From positions 2,046,001 to 2,110,000 of the forward strand of contig NEEC01000017.1 in the NCBI GenBank assembly GCA_002189035.1: 64,000 nt of DNA. Direction: 5' to 3'. Of this stretch, positions 51,759 to 64,000 are shown in pieces (the first letter of the stretch is position 1; each line of letters opens with the position of its first letter). The position numbers and the translations under genes were made by a program. Origin of the DNA: Utricularia gibba. Lineage: Eukaryota; Plantae; Magnoliophyta. Under the pieces are notes generated by a model. The model ran no database searches, had not been told where the DNA came from, and saw only the letters and a program-made list of their open reading frames with translations.

Positions 51759-52559
51759 CCACATGTCCCGATTAAAATATTTTCTATTTGGAATATACTT
51801 TTTTATTTTCAATTTCAAATAATTTAGAACGCATTTAAAAAAAAATTGAGTGTTGGGCCGCCCGCATGAAATGGGGCCGGCGAGTTCATGAGCCCATTAG
51901 AAAGAACACGGTGGGACTGTGGAATTATTGTTTGTCTACGTGGCGGTTTTAGATAGGTAGAGTGAATGTGGGTCCCGCACAATCAAGGTGGCGGCCCTAT
52001 GCTCCAATAAATGATGAAATCATTGTACCCTTTTTCTGGTTTTAAATTTTTATTTAAGTATCAAATTATTTTTGAGTAGGTTTGTACAATGATATGTAAT
52101 AGGGATATATAGATGAAATGATATGTATTTAATTAATAAATTGTAATTAGGATGAAAAATATTTTATTTTAAAAAAATGATTATATACACACAATTTGTT
52201 AAATGAAAAGTGGAATGTGTAAATTCTATATTTTCAGGTGGAATTTTAATATCTAAATTTTAAATATTATTTTTCATAGTCATTTGTATTTTGTAGGAAT
52301 TACTACTATTATTTTTGTAAAAAAACGTATTTCGCGAGAAATGGGTGACCCGATTGGAAATTTTTTTTAATTTTGATGCCCGTGACGTGTGCTGGTTGTC
52401 GTGTGTGGTGCTTTCGTAATTTGTAGATAATCGGAGGGCAAATGTGGTGGGTGGGGTGCTATTTTATCCTCCGACCGCTGTCGATTTTCTCCTCCTTTTT
52501 CACGGATCCCTACTTCCCGTGACCTTTTCCACCGTCATTTCGTTGGATTTTCTTCGTCA

Positions 52560-55375
52560 ATGGAGGAGGATAGATCGTACGCCAACGGGGAGTCAATGAA
52601 TCACGGCGACGACAACGCCCACGGATGGCAGAAGGTGTCCTACGCCAAGAAGCAGCGGAAGAATCAGAACAAAAACGCGTCATTGGATTTATCGAAACCG
52701 GTGTTTGGTGGATCCGGTGTCCAGACGGAGAAGAACAGCGTTTTCTCGGGTCTGGAGAAGCATGCCGAGGAGAGGCGGAGGAAATTGGAGGCCCAGCGTG
52801 CCGCCATTGCCGGGTATGACGACGATGAAGTTCCGAGGAGTAATCGGCGGAGAGATGAGAGTGAGGATGGTTTCAGTAGCGATGGGGAGACGCGGAATGA
52901 TGTTCCCGAGGTGAATAAAAAGGAGAAGCCCAAAAAGGTCAAAAAGCCTAAAGTTAATGTAGCTGAGGCGGCTGCCAAGATCGACAATGATGATCTTGCT
53001 TCTTTTCTTTCCAGCATCTCGGTATATTTGTTGTTTCGCTTTTTTTTTTCTCCTAAACTGGATTTCGGATTCCTTGGCGAAAATCAACAAGGTGGTCTAT
53101 GGGTTTTTTTTTATCAATCACTTTTTGTGTTGAATTAGGAATCTTATGAAGGTCAGCAGGATATTCAGTTGATGAGATTTGCTGATTATTTTGGGCGTGC
53201 TTTCTCTGCCGTCAGCGCATCACAATTTCCATGGTTGAAGTTATTCAGGGAATCCTCCGTGGCTAAAATTGCTGATGTGAGTGACCAAGGTTTCGGTAGA
53301 ATCTATCTAGATCAGTTTCTTTGATAGAGTATGCGCATTGTATATCGCTAAAAACTGTGAAAGTTCATTTCTTCTGGTTCTCTGTTATTCCAAACTGGTG
53401 ACTATTTGATCAGCATTTTTGTGGGGGTACAGTTATTGATGTTGCGTTATGGAGCATAATTGTGTGTCTTTCTTCCCCACTTTGTGGTTCATTACAGTTT
53501 GAGATTTCTAGATGTGATGCGTGTACTGAAGTGATGCTATTCTTAACATGGTACAACGTGGAGGCAGGTCCCTGTTTGTTATATTTCTGAAGCTGTTTGT
53601 AAGACCTCGATGGACTGGGTCAATCATCGTTCTACTGAGGCACTTGAGGGTTTTGTAATGTGGGCAATGGATTCAGTTATTGCTGACATGGGCCTTCAGC
53701 AGCCTGGTTCTAAGGTTGCAAAGAAAGGAGGGCAACCAGCATCATCAAAGTCTCAGGTAAATGTCATTTGCGCTTGTTATTTCTTTTCTGGAATCAGGCG
53801 CGGCACATACTTATAATAGTTTTCAGGTTGCTCTTTTTGCCGTCTTGTCTTTTGTATTACGGCGAAAACCAGATGTGCTTATCAATGTGTTGCCAAAACT
53901 GAAAGATAACTCCAAATTTCAAGGACAGGATAAGCTTCCAATACTAATGTGGATGATAGTTCAGGTGAGTTGTTAAACTGGCCATCAGAGTACGCATTTG
54001 ACTTCTTCTCTTCTGGGATATAGTTGAGCGTGACATTGAAACAATTGTTCAGTCATGTCAAGGAAATTTAGCTGTTGGGTTGTATTTATGGGCACACCAT
54101 CTCCTGCCAATACTTGGAGGGAAGCCTGGTTCTAATCCACTAACTAGAGATCTGGTTTTGCAGTTAGTTGAAAGGTTTGTTTGTTCTTTTACCTACTAGT
54201 TGTTTTTTATTCTCCGATTCTTTTGATTGCTTATTTTCTATATGACTAATGCGTCAATTCATCAGAATTCTGGCTACCCCCAAAGCTCGTGGCATGCTAC
54301 TAAGTAATGCTGGTAGAAAGGGTGAACGTCTGGTGCCACCTGCAGCATTGGATCTTCTTCTACATTTAACATTTCCAGCTTCATCTGCGAGGCTAAAGGT
54401 ATGCTATGACATTTGGCCTAATCGATTTTTTCGCTCACATTTGAATCTCAGGTGAATTTGTATATTTTTCAGGCCACTGACAGATTTGAAGCCATCTATC
54501 CCGTTCTTAAGGAGGTTGCTCTAGCTGGTTCCCCTGGAAGCAAAGCAATGAAGCAGATCTCAGTGCAGCTACAGTTTATAGCATTGAAAGCTGCTGGAGA
54601 AGGTAAATGGCAGCTCCATCTGTTACCAATATCCTTTAAGATCTTTGATGTGCACTTTATGAATGTTATACTGTTCAGGGATCCCTGAGTTATCTGAGGA
54701 GGCAACTCGTCTCTTCATATGGTGTTTAACTCAGAATCCTGATTGCTACAAGCAATGGGTGAGTTTAGTCCTGATGCACGAAATTAGTTCGCACCAATGA
54801 ATACTCTCATTCTACCTGTTGTCATGCCTTTCTAAAGCAATGGCAGAAGTTGGATTCCTTGCATTGATGCATCTTCTTGTTCCCTTCTATGTTTTTATCG
54901 GGTGATATTGCGATGTCAATACTGCAGGAAACTCTTTATGTTGACAACCTTGAAGCTAGTGTTGCTACCTTGAAGAAGCTTACGGATGATTGGAAGTCTG
55001 TGCCCTCCAAAACCTCTTACCTCCAACAATTTGGGGACACCCTCAGGAGCTTCAGACAAAAGGTTGGCTATTCCTCTGCTTTCGTAAAAAAAATCATTGA
55101 AAAATTCTTCCGACATTTGAGTTTCTTTCTTTTTTCCCAATTCCCAGAATGAAAAAGAATTGAGTAGTGAGGCCAATGCTGCTCGGTTATCTGCTCTCAA
55201 AGACGCAGACAAATACTGCAAAATACTGCTGGGCCGGCTATCAACTGGCCATGGCTGGCTCAAATCCATGCTGGTCGCCAGCGTGGTTGTAGTAGTGGGA
55301 GCCGCTGCCCTGTCTCCCTACATCGACTCACTGGACTTGAGTAAAATCTCTGTTCTCTTCAGCCCTTTAGTCTAA
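52560..55375 (+). CDS. TMEM214-like (DUF2359) protein, multi-exon
   Basis: HGWQKVSYAKKQRK; KKPKVNVAEAAAKID; DIQLMRFADYFGRAFS; ERLVPPAALD; ATDRFEAIYPVLKEVALAG; C-terminal TM helix MLVASVVVVVGAAAL. Confidence 0.9.
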
Positions 55376-55663
55376 CCAGCTCCAAGAAGGATATGAACAT
55401 GGCGCCTTGATGCCGTTCAAGAAGACACAACACATGAGTTGCCCAGAATAAGTCGACCTGAATGGCCCCAAGTTCCGGTGAGACCACTAAAAGTAGATGC
55501 CCGCTGAGCCTCTCTGAGATGGAATGGCTGCATCATTGAACCCACCCATTTTGCTTCTGCGTTGTTGTTGCGGAACATTTGTTCACTCTAGGAGACAGAA
55601 TCAGAATCCAGCTTGGATTTTGGAGACCCCCAAGTGTAAATTTGGGATCAGCAGTCACCACCA

Positions 55664-55681
55664 CCCCCCCCCCCCCCCCCC
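55664..55681 (+). repeat. Poly(C)18 tract
   Basis: Counted directly. Confidence 0.9.
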
Positions 55682-56794
55682 GTCAATTGTTTTATCCTTC
55701 GCCATGTGAACTTCCCCAGGACACGACGACAAACCCACGGATGTGTGGAGGGAGGCAGGCACAGGCTGTCCGAGTCCGCGCTGTCGCGGTCCGACCACAA
55801 AAGAAGTACGTGATTGGCCCGAGAGAAGAAAGAAAAAAGTGGGAGAAAACATTCACACAATACTAATTTATAAAAAATAATAATGATATATAATTAAAGT
55901 AATTTTTTTTAAAAGGATAGTATTATATTATAATATTATGGAATCAATTAAATTTATTTAATATATTAGTCTGTGTTTTTACCATAAAAAAGATTTTAAT
56001 TTTAAATACCTGATTCCTACTTGGCTGTGGGGCCCGTTAGGAATTTCACTTTATTTAATTAATAATTGAATGCGTACGGCTGCAATTTGCATTCCATTCG
56101 TAGATGGTCAATCGCTCCTCCTGAATGGTCGTACTCCTCACCCACAGGCCACAGGCCATATGCATCCGATGACCAAGTGTTTACCTTTTTTCGGCCTCAA
56201 GGATGACGCGAGATTCTCCGAGTTGGGATGTGTTGATAGCGTTGTGATGCACTCCGAGTCAATGGGATCGTTTTCCTTTACATAGTTTGTGTTGTAATGT
56301 GAAGATTCATTGTAGCATGTAGATGTCTGAGGCTTCATCTACAAGAAGAGTGATAAAGTTGCTAGCTTTGACTATGGAGACTATATACTATGTGAATGTG
56401 AGCTAAAAGTGGGGGAGGGCAGTACAGAGGGTGGTGGTATTGCATTGTATTGTATTGTATTGTGCTGTCTACCTTCTGGTTTGCAGCCTATCATCATCTT
56501 TCTTGCAGGCTTCTTTTGCTTTAATACCATCTTTATTTCGATGGTTTTGCTTGTAACAGTCCAAATTGGAGTCTGGGGGCGGTGCTTGGGGGATTCTGTG
56601 CCTTTTGAAACCGCCCATTATCCCAGCAAATTGATTTGGTAAACAATATAATGCAGCCATTTCTCCTGCTTTATGGCTTCTCAAATTGTTTGCTTTCATT
56701 TATCTCCTTCTGAAAAGTGCAGATTTTTCCTCTCTCCTGCTTTGATTTTACATTTAATATATTTTTTTTTCCATTGCCTGTATGTACAAGAGGA

Positions 56795-59124
56795 ATGCTG
56801 ATGGCAACCAACAGATTTGCCACCATGTTGCACAGAGAAGCCAATAGGATCATTGTTATTTTGGTTTACGCAGTTCTTGAATGGGTTCTGATACTTCTGT
56901 TGTTTCTGAGTTCTCTTTTTTCCCGTTTGATCATCGACTTTGCGAGGTTTTTTGGGCTTAAGACTCCTTGCCTTTGCTGTACTAGACTCGGTCATATCTT
57001 CGATTCATCAGACGGGAGCAAGAATTTCCGTGTGGATCTTCTTTGTGGAAGTCACGCGAAGCAAGTTTCAGGATTTGGGTTTTGTTCGAATCACTACAAG
57101 TTGGCGGAATCTCTAGAAATGTGTCATGATTGCTTGTTCTCTATGCCAGAGTTTGCTTGCTTCTCACGCACTAGAGACTTTCGGTCCACTCGAAATGATG
57201 AAATGAAGGGTGAGCAGAATCCAATCTGTTCTTGTTGTGGGACAAGTTTACTTTGTACAAGAACTTCTTTGGATGATTTGGTTTGTACCCAAGTTTCCAA
57301 GGAGAGAGATCATGGATTTGATAATGTGGAAAGAGGTGATTCTGATAAACAAACAAAATCTCATCAACATGACAAGCTGGAGAAAATGGATGATTGTCTG
57401 AAACTCGAAGAATGTCTTCATGCTTTCCAGGAATCTTCTTCGAATCGACATCTGAAATATTTCTTAGACTGCACAGGTCATAATTTGATCCCTGTGGAGA
57501 TTGAAAGTGTCAAATTTGACGATAAGTCTGAGAATCAAGAAAGCAAATCAGTTTCTGATTTTGAAGTTGAAAAGAGGGCAGCTTTGGCTGATGATAACAG
57601 AAGAATTGATCTTGGTCAGCACACAGTGGTTACAGATGCACTTTTTGAAGCTTCGGCTGATGATAATGGCCAAAGTATTGATGTTGGAGTGGATAATGAA
57701 TCTGAGGAGGATGAGAATTCCTTTGTTTTGCAAGCAAAAGAAAGTTTGATGAATCGTTGTGAGGTTCTATGCAATTTTTCTTTAGGTCATTGGTCTTCTG
57801 TGGATGCAAGTGATGCCCAAGAGGTTGCTGAAGCAGCAGAAGCGAAGCCTCTCGATTCTCATGCAGGTATGCTGTTAATCGTTTCATGAGTTCATAGAAT
57901 CATATATTTCAACTTAAAGATCAAACCTTTGTGTTGCAGACGATGAAGAAGGTGAAGAAGATGTTCATGTTCATAGTGAAAACGAGGCAGTTATTTCAAT
58001 CCCAGAACTAGATATGAGTGATGAATTACATATAATTGAATCTGTTCATACATATAAGTGCAGCCATGAAGATAGCTTTCTGGAAATCCCAGACATTCAC
58101 AATCTAGAAATGATAGGTAATATCTGAGTTTGTCTACTTTTGGAGTATACATTCAGTTCATCCTTATCTGTTTGTTTGAACTGAAGTTCAGTTTTCAGGT
58201 TCTGAGGAAGTCCATGAATGGGAAGTCGAGTTGCAGAATCTGTCCCTTGATCCTAATGCACCATTGAACTGGGAAACTCAGGGTGACGAGGAAGATGATG
58301 CCCCTGAAACACCAGAATCTATGGACAGTTTTCTTCAGTTTCACAAGAAGGTGCTTTTCCTCGAGAAACAAGATTCGTGGGACGAAGAGTCTTTTGCTTG
58401 TAGTGTAACAAGTGAACTTGAGATAGGTGATGGGGTTGTGACCATTGAAAGCTTGAAATCAGCTCTAAAAGCAGAGAGAAAGGCATTGAAGATATTGTAT
58501 GCTGAATTTGAGGAAGAACGAAGCGCTTCTGCAGTGGCTGCTACCCAAACAATGGCAATGATCAATAGACTTCAAGAAGAGAAAGCTGCTATGCAGATGG
58601 AAGCTTTGCAGTATCAAAGAATGATGGAGGAGCAATCGGAGTATGATCAGGATGCTTTGCAGCTCATGAGTGAGCTTATTGTGAAAAGAGAGAAGGAAAT
58701 CCAAGAGATGGAGAAAGAGTTGGAAGAATGCAGGAGGAAGCTTTTTGATTACGAGGAAAAAGAGCAGGCAGTGAAAGCGTTGAGCAGCAGAAATGGATTC
58801 TCCACTTCTTCTAGCATTAATGGTGATGACAATGAAACAGGAATTGAAGAATTTGGAGAGGACGCAGAAGAGCCTCTCAAACAAGGTGACAAGGAAATGG
58901 TGCAATCAAATGGAATAGGCACCACAGAACAAGACATTGAAGAGGAAATGTGTCATTTTTATGAAAGACTAGTGGCTCTTGAAGCAGATAAAGAGTTTCT
59001 TAAGCAATGGATTAGCTCTCTCAAACAGGGTGACAAGGAGCTTGCCCATGAAATCCTCCATTCATTAAGAGAACTGAGGAATGTGGAGCTTCAAGCAAGA
59101 ACCAGGCAACAAGAGTTCTGGTAA
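56795..59124 (+). CDS. Myosin-binding protein (MyoB, DUF593/GTD-binding domain); 3' end approximate
   Basis: N-terminal MATNRFATMLHR...LVYAVLEWVLILLLF...FGLKTPCLCCTR and DUF593 core EEERSASAVAATQTMAMINRLQEEKAAMQMEALQYQRMMEEQSEYD. Confidence 0.92.
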
Positions 59125-60302
59125 ATTCCAGAAACTCAAGTCAGCTTCCATTCTGTTTTTCCAATCTCTGCCTCTGATATCCTTTGCATTCATATTTCTT
59201 CCAGAAACACTGCCAGTTGCTGTGAGAAAAGGGAGACAGTGAGTGCATGTCTCTTAACTTCCATCAATGATGAACCACAACACCAACAGTGTTTCTGATT
59301 TTTGGAATGAGACTTACACAGACAGAGCTCTGCCAAGCCTGCTGACTGAAAAAAAAAAAAAAAGAAAAAAGACTACCCAATGTTGTTCTTCTGTGTTTGT
59401 TATGAAAAATAGTCAACTGTGTATGCGTTATGTTTGTAATAAATTGTACAAGCCAGAGGGCTAGCCCTTGCTTCCTCCCCTTCTTCTCTTTGCCATGTTA
59501 GAGCCACTTTTGTGAAGTATCAAATATTCAAAAAAAAAAATCTATTATACATGTAATGTATTAAAATAAAATTAAAAAACTATTAAATTCGATTTAATAA
59601 TAGAATTTAAAAGTATTTGATTGTGAAAAAGTTTGGTGAAAATAATTCTATTTTAAAAAATGAAATTTAAAAGTATTTTTTTTATTTTTAATAAATTACA
59701 AAAAACTAATTTTTCTTCTATTAAAATCATCAAAATTTAGAATCTATTCTGTTTTATGAATTTATTGAAGTAATTCTCTTTAACTTTTGAATATTCTAAT
59801 CTTCAGTCGTTCTCTATTAAAATCAAAAGCTTAGATTTTATGATTAAATAATAAATTAATTAGAAAAATTATATTATTTACTTTTTATCGATTATAAAAA
59901 CATATTTATATCATTACATTAACTTATATAATAATTTAATATACTGAACTTTATAATATAATACATATATAATACATAACATTTTTATAATTTTATATTG
60001 ATTTTCTTTACATAATCTTAAAAGAATCACATTCTATTCAATCTTATCCTTCTCTTTTTCAGAATACTTTGAATCTGGTAATATTCGGGGTTTTTTTTTG
60101 AAAAATACCCTATATGTGTTTTGATTGTGTTACAAATCTACCCATCCTTTTTTACATGATTTAGAAAAATGGCATTTGTGTGAGAAAAGTGGCCATAGAT
60201 GTTTTTTATGAGTGTGTGAGAGATCGTGGGTACATTTCAAAATCACCCTTTCGGATCTCGCTGTATGAATTTCAGTTTCCAGGAGTAGGGATCGAAGGCA
60301 TA

Positions 60303-64000
<3,698 letters not shown>

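Noticed and set aside
59570-59835. Possible degenerate MITE upstream of PGM
   Set aside because: The inverted ends are AT-only and imperfect, with no TSD; indistinguishable from chance.

Overview
Plant (eudicot) nuclear DNA, gene-dense with short introns and AT-rich spacers. There are about 19 protein-coding loci, one microRNA gene and a few transposon remnants; no prokaryotic features, CRISPR arrays, rRNA or tRNA genes were seen. Order: Ty1/copia remnant, IST1-like, frameshifted At1g13360-like gene, CLE27-like, QALGGH zinc finger, DUF1218, RING-H2 E3, P-class PPR, hAT-like MITE, multi-TM protein, RING-CH E3, ABCG7, HIPP, MIR858, PIN3-like, ESMD1, WOX1/6, CLE16/17-like, TMEM214-like, MyoB, cytosolic PGM (runs off the window). 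Best-supported highlights: a near-perfect MIR858 hairpin with an upstream 15-aa ORF, precise loss of a conserved PIN intron, and an intron separating the zinc finger from its EAR motif. More speculative: an IST1-like C-terminus possibly donated by an LTR, and a promoter-like block followed by splice sites and a hairpin upstream of CLE16/17. Several single-base frameshifts fall in G runs and may be assembly errors rather than pseudogenes. Exon boundaries were read by eye and family assignments are from memory; no database searches were run. I found no convincing wholly novel system.
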